The translations under genes were made by a program, and so were the position numbers. A stretch of 64,000 nt of DNA, from positions 24,738,001 through 24,802,000 of the forward strand of contig NC_045712.1 in assembly GCF_009834535.1 (NCBI RefSeq), written 5' to 3'. Source of the DNA: Camelus ferus. Its lineage: Eukaryota. This document shows positions 1 through 11,630 of the stretch, in pieces. Positions within the stretch are counted from its first letter, which is position 1. Each line of letters starts with the position of its first letter. The notes under the pieces are model-generated. The model did not search any database, had not been told where the DNA came from, and saw only the letters and a list, made by a program, of their open reading frames with translations.

Positions 1-120
1 CTGGTAGCCCCACACTCATCCAAGTTTCCCCAAATGAGGATGTCAACTATCATCATCATGACCATTGTTCTCTGAGCATCTACTGTGGGCTGTGCCCTGG
101 GCAAACCATTCATGTGTGCT

Positions 121-250
121 GCTGTGTGATCCTGGGCTGGTCCCTTCTCCTCTCTGTGCCTCAGCTTCTTAGTTTGTAAAACAGGGATTATAGCACCAAC
201 CTCACAGAGTAGTGGAGATTGAATCAGCAATACACTGGAACACTTAGAAT
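121..250 (+). mobile_element. MIR SINE
   Basis: gctgtgtgatcctgggc...ctctctgtgcctcagcttc...tgtaaaacagggat MIR core. Confidence 0.7.
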
Positions 251-823
251 GAACAGGGTGAATGCTACATTAAGATCTTCCTCCATATTTCATGTGGGAG
301 TTACAGTGATTCAGAGAGGTTAGCAACTGCCCAAGGCCACACAGCTAGTGGGCAGCAGAGCCAGGATCTGAACCCCAAATCTGACTCAAGAGCTGCTACC
401 CTGTGGGGTGAGGGGGAAGGAAGGAAGACAGAGGGGAGCTGGAGGCCAAGACAAAGGGCCCAGGGTCTGAGAAAGGTCAGGACTGAGCCACAGCGCTAGT
501 GGAGAAGCCTGGGGTGGAGGAGTCCGCTGGCTCCAGCACCAGGTGGGACCACGGGAGCACACATCCAGGTGGGAAGGAGAAAGCTGAGGGGACCGTGTAC
601 GTCCTGCTCTTCCCCAAATCTCCCCCCAACCCGTGTTCAGGGCTTGGAGGCCTTCTCTGACAGCTCTTCCACCCTCTCCTCGCAGAGCGGAAATCACAGC
701 CAGGGAGGACATATTAGAGCCCTGTGGCTTCCTTCCCATCCTTGTAGGATGCCCTGTGGCCAGCTGCACAGGTTCCACCCCCCCGCCCCCAGGGGCTGCG
801 GTGTCTCCTGCGGCTGCTATCTA

Positions 824-1189
<366 letters not shown>

Positions 1190-3744
1190 TCAGCTTATGA
1201 AGGGCAAAATGAGGGCTCAAATCCAGGTTTTCCTGATTCGTGGTCCAATGAGCACCTGGATTTGATTGAGGTTAGCTTCAAGCAGCCCAGCTGGTAGCTT
1301 GGGAAGGCCTGGGAGGTGGCGGAAAGCTTGGATGGGCTCAAGACCACAGAAACCCCTGTCTCCCTTCCCAGGGGCAGCAAGGAAGCGGAAATTGAGTAGG
1401 TTTTGTAGTCAAATCACATATTAGCTGTGAGACCCCAGGCCAGGGGCCACATATCCCCGAGCTTCATTTTCACAGTGGGATGGCAGAAGAATGTAAACCC
1501 AGAGATAGAGTCTGGGGGCAGGGAGGACCCTACTTGAGGGAGGTGACAGATGGCCTGGTGGCATGGGGTCCGGGCCTGGGGCTAAATTCCTCCAATGACT
1601 CAGTGTGACCTCAGGCAATCACAGCTCCAAGCCATAGTCCACAACTCTGTAAAACTGAATAATGACAGAGTCAGCCCCACAGGATGCATCACAGCAAGGT
1701 AGGCAGCAGGTGGGCGGGCGGGCGGCAGGATCCTTGTTCAGGTTAACTCAGCCCTGGGCTCTGGCTGCCAACCTTAAGGCCAATCACCGGAAATGAGCAA
1801 GATCCTGAAGTGGGCGGAGAAGTCAGCATGCAGAGGGAGATGGCCCAGAGTAGGGAGAGCAGGGATGAGCCATCCCCTAGTAGGGCTGCTCACATTGGTT
1901 TCCTAGTGGAGCAGGGCTGAGGACCAGATAGGCTCAGATCAGGTTCATCTTGCTCAGCACCCACAGGACCCTGGGCCACTACTGGTCTTGGTTTCCTCCC
2001 CTGCAGAATGGTGCCTCCTGCCAGGGCACTGTGTGGGGCAGGCTCTGGGACCAAGCTCTCTAGGCAAAGACCAACCGGGGTAGAGAGGAAGGCAGTGGGT
2101 TCTCGCATCTGCTGGCCCGTGGCTGCTCCATCTCCGGAGCTATTCACCTTGACCCTGGCCTGGAGTGCAAGGAGCTGGGCCAGCCCCTCCACTCCAGGGT
2201 CCCTGCTCCACTCCCTAGTCCAGGACGGGCTGTGCATGGAGGCAGCTGTAAGGAGACACTCCCAGCCTGGAAACCATGGATCCCTTGCGAATGCTGCCTC
2301 TGCCTCCCAGAACACCCCTCTGTTCCACGCCCACACAGCTCCCAAGCCCCAGCTTCTTACTTAATAGTGCTGGGGGTAGAGGCTCGGTCATCCCCAATCA
2401 CCACACCAGCTCACCCACATTGTGTCCTGAGGTGGCTTTAGCCAGGGGGACCTCAGACTTTAGCCACAGGGTCAAAGATGTGCCATCCTCCCTCCCTGTT
2501 CTGTCCTCTCTGCACCCCTTCTCTGCTTGCCTCCTAACACTTCTCCCTGGCCCCTCTTCCCTAGCCTGTCCTGACTGTGTCCTACCAGGGCCCCCAGGCT
2601 GGCTCCTGGACCCCCTCCTCACTCTGCCCTGCTTCTGGTACCCAATCCCTATACCAGGGTCCTCTCTCTTCTCTCATAAGACCCCAAGCCCACAGCTGGA
2701 ACACTTTCGGTGGGTTCCTCAGCCCCACCTCTCTCTCTCTGGCCCTTCTCTACCTTTAAATCCCTACCCTTGGTCCTCCAAATAAAGGCCACCTCCTCCC
2801 TTGGCATCCAGGCCTTGCCTTCCTCTCCCTGCTCATTCCTCTGACCCCAGAACACTTTGGGTTCTGGTCAGAATGATGTACATGCTGGTCTCAAATAGGC
2901 CTCACTCTATGCTTATGCCATGTGAACTCTCACTCCATCTCCTTCGCCTTTGAGCCAACTTTCTCCCTTTGAGGAACCTTCTGGGCTCAGTTCAGATGTC
3001 TTGTCCTCTGGAAAATTCTCCAGCTGTTCCCTCAGTGGTTTTTGCCTCTGTACCTCCCACCAGACTGGAAGGAGCTTGAAGGCAGAAGTAGGTCAGGTTA
3101 ACCTGGAAGTCCCTGGCTGGAGCCTAGCAGAAAACATTGGGCTCCTGAACAAACAAAGGATGGGAAGAGGGGTATGGTAAGAGGGGAGGAAGGATGGAGG
3201 TGGATGGTCAAGGAGAGGCCAGAGAGCCTCATGGCCCGGGCCTGCACCCTGTGCTTTGCTGAGGTGGAGGAGCAGGTGGAACTGCCCTGAGTTGGAGCCT
3301 CTCAACGTCTCCCATCCTACTCAGTCCATATTTAGGAACCAATTTCCCATACAGATTAAAATAGTCCTTCCCTGAATGCCAAGGCCACTAGAACAGGCAC
3401 AGGGGCAGGGAGGAAGCTGCCTCCTGAAAACACAATGAGTGCCCTCGGGCCTCTCTGCAGGGGAGATTACAGGGGCCAGAGCTCTGCAGTGGCCTCAACC
3501 AGGGCCAGCTGCCAACATGTTTCCTGGGCTGTCACTCTGGATCCCTCGAGTTGACCTTGAGTATAGCCCCAAACCTCTTAGAGCCTCAATGTTCTCATCT
3601 TTCTTCCCCACAGCCAGGGCCTTCACCTCTTCCAGGAGTTCCTCCCAACGTCACCTCCTCTCAGAAGCCCTCCCTGACTTCCCTGTCTAAAGAGGACCTA
3701 AAGGATCCCTGATTCTCCCTTCATCCTTTATTTTTCTTTCTATA

Positions 3745-3920
3745 GATGCTTGATTATTGAGGTATACTTCACATACAGTGAAGTGAGTATACTTTACATT
3801 CATACAGGCCTCAAATCCAGTTCAGTGAATTTTGATGACTGCACACACCCTACGACCCACAGCCCTGGACAGAAAATGCTGCCAGCTCCCCAGAAAGCTC
3901 CCATCATTGCTCTTTTTACC
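3745..3920 (-). mobile_element. L1M (L1MB/MC-like) 3' fragment
   Basis: ttattgaggtatacttcacatacagtgaagtg...cagttcagtgaattttgatgactgcacacacc...ccccagaaagctccc. Confidence 0.7.
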
Positions 3921-3989
3921 TCCCTCCTGTGCAGCACTTTCTCACCACCTACACTTAGCGCATTCCTTTGACGACTCCTTAAACAAATA

Positions 3990-4135
3990 CATACTATAGA
4001 TATTGTACTTCCAATGTGACTGGCTCTGTTCTGAGCACTTTACAAATATTACAAGGAAGAGACTATTACCACCACTCTTTAGCAGAGAAATTGAGGCACA
4101 GAGAGGGAAAGTAATGGCCCCAGATCACACAGCTG
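3990..4135 (-). mobile_element. MIR SINE
   Basis: gagcactttacaaatatt...gaaattgaggcacagagagggaaagtaatggccccagatcacacagct. Confidence 0.65.
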
Positions 4136-4179
4136 TTTCCCAGTAAGGCTGGCACCATGCTGCCTACTGCATCAGACTG

Positions 4180-4280
4180 TGGGCCCACAAGGGCAGGGCC
4201 AGTCTGCCTGGTCACCACTGGGTCCCAGTATTGGCCAGAACACTGACTCAGATAATATTTGTAGATTTAATGAACAAATT
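4180..4280 (+). mobile_element. L2 3' end
   Basis: cccacaagggcagggccagtctgcctggtcaccactgggtcccag...aatatttgtagatttaatgaa. Confidence 0.6.
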
Positions 4281-5844
4281 TGTAGAGAGGGGGTAAGAGA
4301 AAGAAATTCTCACAACCACGAGGACAGAATAAGATTAAATTGAGGAGGCCCCAGGAAGGCTCAACAAATGGGAGACATGACAACCTGGCCAAACTTGCTC
4401 CCCAGTGTACCTCACCCACCCTCTCTGGTGAACCAGACTTTACCTCCTCTTCCAAGGAGCCCATCCTGACTGCTCCAGCTCACAAGGCCATTATTACAAG
4501 ATGGCTTCATTCATGCAGGTGTACATGAGTCCTCACCATCCTTCATAAAAGATGTCCCCAAGCACAGGTTCCACCTTCCCAGGCACAGGAATGAGCACAG
4601 GGCTAGGAGACAGGAGGCCACCAGGTTCTACTCCTATTCTGTGTGACCTTGGGCTGGTCCTTTGCCTTTCTGTGCCTCTCTCTCCCCAGTGTTAAGTGGC
4701 AAGGCTTGGGCTAGACCAGGGGGATGGGAACCACAAGGAGGACCTCTGGTCAGGGCTCCTTGCAAAATACCTACTGTAGCCCCACTCCCACATCACTGCC
4801 CCCATGGACTGGCCCCTGGGTCTCCACTGACCCTATATCCAAATGCCTGAACCTCATGGGGGTCACCTGGTGTCCTGGTCCTCAGTCATAGCTCTGGAGA
4901 AAAGAAGATGGGGTGGCCTTCTGACAACCCAACAGACCTACACCCTAGCATCACTCCCATCCTACGTCCCCTGAGCACCCCCCCCAAGGGGTCCACCAAA
5001 GCTGGAGGGTCTGTGATGGCTCCCGGGCAGCTCCACAGCTCCAGCTAGTGCCCGACAGGCATCCCCGCACACCTGTGAGGCAGAACCTTGGCTCCCAGGT
5101 GTACTGGTGTCATGGGTCCCCACTGAAGTCAGACGAGCATCGAATCTGAGACATTTCCTTAAACCAATGATACTACACTAGCTTCAAGCTTTGATCAAAT
5201 GCTTCCCACCCCATCCTTCTCCCCTCACTCTCCTTTGCCAAAGTCTCTTACCTACCCAAGAGCCTGCAGCCAGACACCTGAGACCCCTGCCAATCTGACC
5301 CGACAGTGAACCCAGCAAAGGCTGAGGGCAGAGCAGCCTGTGCCCCACAGACACCTGCCCACGCACCTCCAGCATCACCAGCAGGAATGGGAGCCTCGGA
5401 ACTGGCCAGGCCTCCTTACTGCCTCCACGCTGTGTCCCTTCTCACCCGCGGACAGGGTTTACATGTAGGTGGAGGAATTCCTGAGTTCAGGAATTCAACA
5501 GCAGCATTTGACTGTTTGGAAAACAATTTGCATTTTACAAGACACTCTCTTTTCCCTTATCTCATGGGAATGCTCAGAGCCACCCTGTGAGGCAAGCAGG
5601 GTGGGGATCATCAGCCCCAATTTAAAGATTGAGGGAAAAGACGCTCCAGAGGATGAAGTCATTGCCCTGGGGCTGCCAGGCTGGAGTACGGTGAGGCTGG
5701 GACAGGGAGAAAAGGACTTTTGAGAGAGCATCCAGACAACCCCCACACCCCCGAGGGGAACTGAGAGGACGGTGTGGTCCCAAGTCGGAGGGCCCTGGCC
5801 AAAACTACAGCTTGCAAAACTCAGGCAACTTGTTCTGAAATAAA

Positions 5845-6050
5845 TGTGTGCATGGGTGCAGAGGTGTGCACATGAGCAGGGGTGTGTGTAGGTGTATGTA
5901 GGTGCGTATGTGTGCCCATGGAAACATGGGTGCGTGCATACAGAAGCACCTGCATGTAAGGAGTGTGTGCAAGGGTGTGTATGGGTGTAGGTAGTTTGGG
6001 GACAAGGAATGTGTGTCAGTGTGTGGGCCGTGGGTATGTTTGTGTCTCTA
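5845..6050. repeat. Degenerate TG-rich low-complexity tract
   Basis: Interrupted gtgt/gtat/gcat units. Confidence 0.8.
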
Positions 6051-8129
6051 TACTCTGTGATGTTGACTCTGAACCCCCTCAGAGAGTAGGACCCATACAA
6101 CTATCCATTTATTTGTCCAAAATTTTCTATTTCTTTGAAGTGTCTACAGAGAACTAGGCACAAAGAGGTGCCCAAGAAAGACTGGGGGTCTTGCTAAAAC
6201 AACTCAACCTCTGACAGCCTTGCCTGGGCAGGTGACCAAGCCCAGACCACTCTGCTCAGACCTCCACTCCCACTGAGGCCCCACCTCCACGGCAGGGCCC
6301 ATCGCCTCCCTTGCACAGAGCTGTAAAAGCACCCTGTCTGCCTTCCTAGAGAATCAAATAGAGCTGGGATGTCTACGGTGACTCTGTAAGACAGCCTTGG
6401 GACCAGCCCCCAGCACTACTCTTCAGCCACCTTCCCAGGCCCAAATGCCCACACACATAGTCAGTGTCCACACCCAGCTCACCCCAGGGCAGGCTCTTCC
6501 CAAGTTAAGTGTTCACAGTATCTCTGTCTGTCTTACACACACACACAGGAGGCCTCAAGGCCTGGGCCTGGACAAGTAGCCTCCCCAACCCCACCCCAAC
6601 CTCCATACTCCCAGCCAATTAACCTGCAGCCCAGGCCAAGCTGCTCTGTGGCCTCTGCCGGAACACCCACTCCTTCCGGGGGAGGAGAGCTGGCTTGTAA
6701 TCTCTCCCATCAGTGAGGCAGCAGCAATTAAGAAATACGAATTTGATTTCATGACAACCCACAGCCTGATAGACACCACCCCTATAGCAAAGGGAACCTC
6801 CTGGAAGCCACGGGTCCATTTCTTCTCACTGCCCTATGGGCCACCACAAGTCACATTGTTTCCCCTTTCCTGGGCTTCCAGCTTTGTTCAGTGCCAGGCG
6901 GGAGCACTGAAAAGGTACACTGATGACCGGGCTGTTGATGACACCACAGCAAACACGCTCGGGGGCCCAAAGTGAACAGAATGTTATAGGAAAACATAGG
7001 TTTGCGTATTTGTAAAATACTTACAAATACATAGATTTGTAAAAATGACTCGTTATTTTTTTCATGTGGAGAACCCCAATTCTCTACAGAGGGAGATCAT
7101 GGATGAGAAAAGCACTTTGAACTGACAAAACTCCCTCCTTGTAAGAGTCTTCAACTCAGTCACATCTGGCATCCCTTCTGGCTCCCAGTTCTGTGATTAG
7201 TGAGGATAATTTTTCCATGTGTCGTAGCTCTAATCTTCTGAGAGACACCACTGGAAGAGGAGGATTCACTTTATAGCCAGTTGTTGAGACCACCCTGCCT
7301 TTGTGCTGTTAGCACCAGGGAGGGTCATTACTGCACTGCGCCCTGGCTCCTGGCCAGCTCGTGGGACCCTTGCTGGCTGCTTTGCCAACTTGGGGCATAG
7401 GCCATAGTTTCGTGAGGGGATGATGAAGACTGACCTCAAGTTCAGGGTTCTAAGCAGGAATTTCCTCCTTAGGGCCTCAGTATCTTCCTTTTAAAGCCAG
7501 AGCCGTCCCCTCCTCACTGACTTCACCCTCTCCCTCCCGCCAAGGGCACCAGTGCTATCGGGAAATCTGCTGGCCATGTCAAATCTAACATTTTAGCCAC
7601 AGTTTCAAGTGAGAGCCTCAGACATGTGCCATTATTCTCTCACGCACTCATTTCCCCAGCTTTAGTAGCTCAGTAAGGGAACGAATGGAACCAATTTTGC
7701 TGCTATGGATTAGTTGGCCCCACGCGGGAACAGACCTCGCTCCATTAACTTCTGGCCATATACAGTCCTCTGTCTCAGGGTTGGCTCACATTATACCACT
7801 GACCCCAAACGTCTAGGCCACAGCTGAAGACCCAAGGCCTGATGCAGTGTGAGGACTGCCTTTATAACAACAGTCTCTCCCTGGGGCTCAGCTAGTGCTG
7901 CATTGGCCACAGCGCTTGGCCACAGACACCACCTCATTCATCACTCACTATATCCTGAGAAGAACCAGCATCATCCTTTACCTGTGGGGAAACTGACTCT
8001 AAGAGGTTAAGTAACTTGCCCGGTCACACCTCTGGGTAGTGAGAGTCAAAACTTGAATCCATACCTGTTAGCGCTAGCAGTGTGGACAATGCAAACGGCT
8101 GCTCTGCTCCTGTTATATGTGGAGCTTGG

Positions 8130-8340
8130 CCCCATGTCCCTGGGGCTAGACCAGGCTCTGCCACTTGGCAGTTATTACGATGGTGGCGGATGTTCACAGG
8201 GCCCCTGCTAGGTACTGGGCAATTATACCCCTTCAACAATGGCATCACTGACCATCATTTTCAGCTGAGAAGACTGAGACTCAGGGAAGTTGTATAGTTT
8301 TTCTGGGTTACAGGGTTCACCCATGGCTATCTCCGAGTCT
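8130..8340 (-). mobile_element. MIR SINE
   Basis: catcattttcagctgagaagactgagactcagggaagtt; a second MIR piece lies at about 7980-8075. Confidence 0.6.
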
Positions 8341-11300
8341 AGGAGTCCTTTGGGAACCAGGATTCAACTCTCATGCCCAGAAAGTTCTGCCCATTTTACA
8401 GATCTCCTCCCGATGCCTGCAAACATTTCCTGCCCTGCCGAGGGGTGGGTAAGCCTGAAGCTGCGGCTGGGAATGCTACCACAGGCACTCTGTCCTCAAG
8501 CATGTGCGGGTCTACGGATGAGTTACTGCCCATCAGGATGCTTGATGAGGATGTAAGCCCTAGGGAACTGGTCCTGGCTCCTTCTCTTTCATTCTCCTTT
8601 CTTTCCAGAGCCACAACCTGGCAAAGCAGGCAAGATGGGGAAGGCCAGCCCCTCTCAAGGGAGCCCAGGAACAAAGAGGGCCCCCAAACAGCTGCTCACA
8701 TTCCAGGCCAAGGCTGGGTACCTGATGGTCAGAAGTGGGGGTGCAAGTAGCTGACTGACTGGGAGCCTCCCTCCTCACCTCCCACCATAGTCCTGGGACG
8801 GGAGGGAGTAGCTGGGGCTCCAAGCTCAATGTCTTCCCAGGAAGCTCTGCGAACAGGAGAGCCAACACACACTTGAAATTGTCAAGTCTCAAGAACACAA
8901 AACTCCTTCAATTTGCTAAATATTGGTGGTCTCAGTTTGTTTGCTTCCCACCAGCCCCAGAAAACCTGGAAACAAAGGCAGAAGTGCCAGGTCTGGGGAG
9001 GAATAGAGAGGTGTGGGGGAGGGGATGAAGGTTTCCAAAAAAAACTAAGCTAGGCTCCTAGGCAGGGAGGGAGAGGGACAGAGGAACATGAGTGCTAGCT
9101 GGGCAGGCCCAAGGGTCCCAGTGCCCTAGGCCAGGGTCCATGAGCTAAGAAGAACCAGTTATGGCCACACAGGGCTCCAGGTCAGACAGACCTGCGTGCC
9201 AGATGCAGAGGACAGTTCCGTCCTCCACTCACCTGTGGCTATGCACAGGCCATTCAATCTCTCTGAGTCTTACTGGACCAACCTGGAAAATGGGGACAGT
9301 GACAGTACTCATATCCCTCAATGGCCGTGAGGATGGAATGAGAACACACAGAGAGCTCAGGTTAGCACAGGACCAAGTGCACACAGAGCAGAGATGGGCT
9401 TCAAGGTTTGCTTGGCTTCAGGGTTCTCCTGTGTCTTGCCTTGAGGTGGCCTCACAGTCTTCACCTCCATGTTCTTCAGATTATGGGGATATTCAGGTGC
9501 AGCCTCTGGGGCCCAGGGAGGTGGGCTCCCTCCAATCCAGCAGGTCACAGAAAATGATCTCAGATCCCGAGAGAGGCAGGACTGGGCTTTGCAAAAGTGG
9601 ACCAAGGATCAAGAGTCTGTGGATCATGTTTTGCTGTGAAAGGCTCAGTGAGGAGGGGGCAGACCCTCCAGCGTGGGGAGATCGTGGCTGATCTCAGGGG
9701 GGAACCCTGGCCATGGGAAACAACCTAAGCCAGGGACCCAAGTCAAGGAATTAACCCAGCCCTCAGCTTTGGCAGACTGGAGGAGGGGGCACCCCCACTT
9801 TCTTCGACAGACACCTTTACATCTGCAACTCCTCTGAGCACCCTCTCGAGCAACGCCCCCTTCTGCAAAGTGTGTGGTAACCTTGCGTTGGTCCCCTAAC
9901 CTCCCTGAGCCCCAGCTCCTCATCTGTGAAATGGGCACACACTCTCCTCACCCATGAGTGGGGCAGGCAGGTCTGGGACTATCAGCACCTGCTTTACAGG
10001 TAGGGAAAGAGGAGCAGAAAGAGCTATGGCCTCCACCCTCTCTCAGAGGTTACACAGTGTGTAAGTAGCAGGACCAGAACTCCCCTGCCCCCGGCAGGTG
10101 CCAGACCCTCACATTCCACCCATGGCCTTCCCACGGGGCTGAGGAGAGGCCGCACGGCATCTCGTGAGCCCTGCGAGTGCTTGCTCAGAGGGTCCAGCTC
10201 CTATTATTCTCCTTTAGCTTCTTAAAGGAGAAAATGATTTTTCTGTCAAAATCAGCTACACAATTGGTGAAACATTACCCTGGTTCTATTTCTTCTATGA
10301 CAGCGTGAAAACAAGACATATTCTTCGCAAGACTGAAAAACTTTTAGCAAACACAAGTGTTTTATTCTGAACTCAGAAATGCCTCTTCAGTGGGCCTTCC
10401 TCATGCAGAGACCCCCACCTCGGCCACTGAGGCTGTGCCCCAGCTGTACTGCAGTCATGCCAGCCCAGCCCATGCAGGGCGACAGAGGCAGTGGCCACCT
10501 TCCCTAAGCAGGGGCAACCAGGGCGAGTGAGGCCATGCCCAGGAGACCCCTGCTGAGGCACCCAGCTGGCCATGCCTCTGGCCAGCTCTGCAGAGGGGGA
10601 CCCAACAGCCTCTAGCTCTCGGAAGGACAGCTGGTTTCTTTCTCCCAGAGGAGATGTTACAAAGATGACAGAGAGTAAGAAGTGGGGGCTGCAGAGACCC
10701 TAGAGAAACGTCTGACTCTGCCCCCAAGACCTGCTCCTCCCAAAGCCAACACCACGTCTGCTCGGCAGCTCTCCCACTCCCCTGGGCTTCATCCACGTCC
10801 CTGCAGCTCCCCACACAGGCCTGGGTGAGCGCGGGCAGCCATCGCCCTCCTCAGGCTCCTCCCAGGGGAGGCAGGGGAACTGGCTGCCCAGGCTTCCAGC
10901 CTCCTTGGCCTTGGGCCCAGGCCCCTCTCTCTGCTGCTCCTGTTCAGCTAGGAGGCTCCCAAGCCTCCAACACCCAACCAGCTCCTGGGAAACTCCTGGT
11001 CTCTGGAGCCACAGCCATGAGGAAGGGGAAGCGAAAGAGGGAGGAAGGCCTCACCCTCTGGGAGGCTGGGACGGTGGCCTGGCAGCACCGAGGGACACTC
11101 CTGCCCTGGGAATGGGCTGCAGTGACTCATCTGTACTCTCTCAGCCTTCCTAGGGTAAAGACGCACCTTGGTACTGGCTTGGCCTGACTCAGAGATCGAA
11201 CTGAGCCACGGAGTGCGCTGGAGAGGGGTCTTAACCCCAGAGCTCCTGTTCCCAGCAGAACACACACCCCACGGTGGTGTCACCCCAGCTGACTGTTCCC

Positions 11301-11479
11301 CTGGCACTGTTCATAGTCACTGCCCACCAAAATGGTCTTCACAGCCAGAAGGGGGGCCCCGGTCAAGCAGAGCACCCAGCCCCTTATTACAGATGGGCAC
11401 ACTGGCCCGGGAGGGGGCCTGGCACACAGGGAAGGATGGCTGAGAGCACAGCTTGGCTGCCAGACAGGCTGGGGTTCCA

Positions 11480-11630
11480 GCCCAGCCTGGGCGTGTCCTG
11501 CTATGTGATCCTGAGTGAGTTAGTTTGCCTTCCTGGACCTCAGTCTCTGCATCCAGGACATGGGGGTGGTGACAACCCATTCTTAGACTCTGCTGTGTTT
11601 GTGTTCAGTGTGTAGAAAGCACTCCAGGGA
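11480..11630 (+). mobile_element. MIR SINE
   Basis: gctatgtgatcctgagtgagttagtttgccttcctggacctcagtctctgcatc. Confidence 0.6.

Noticed and set aside
5495-6100. 201-aa His/Thr-rich minus-strand ORF
   Set aside because: Translation of a degenerate CA/TG repeat plus MIR sequence.
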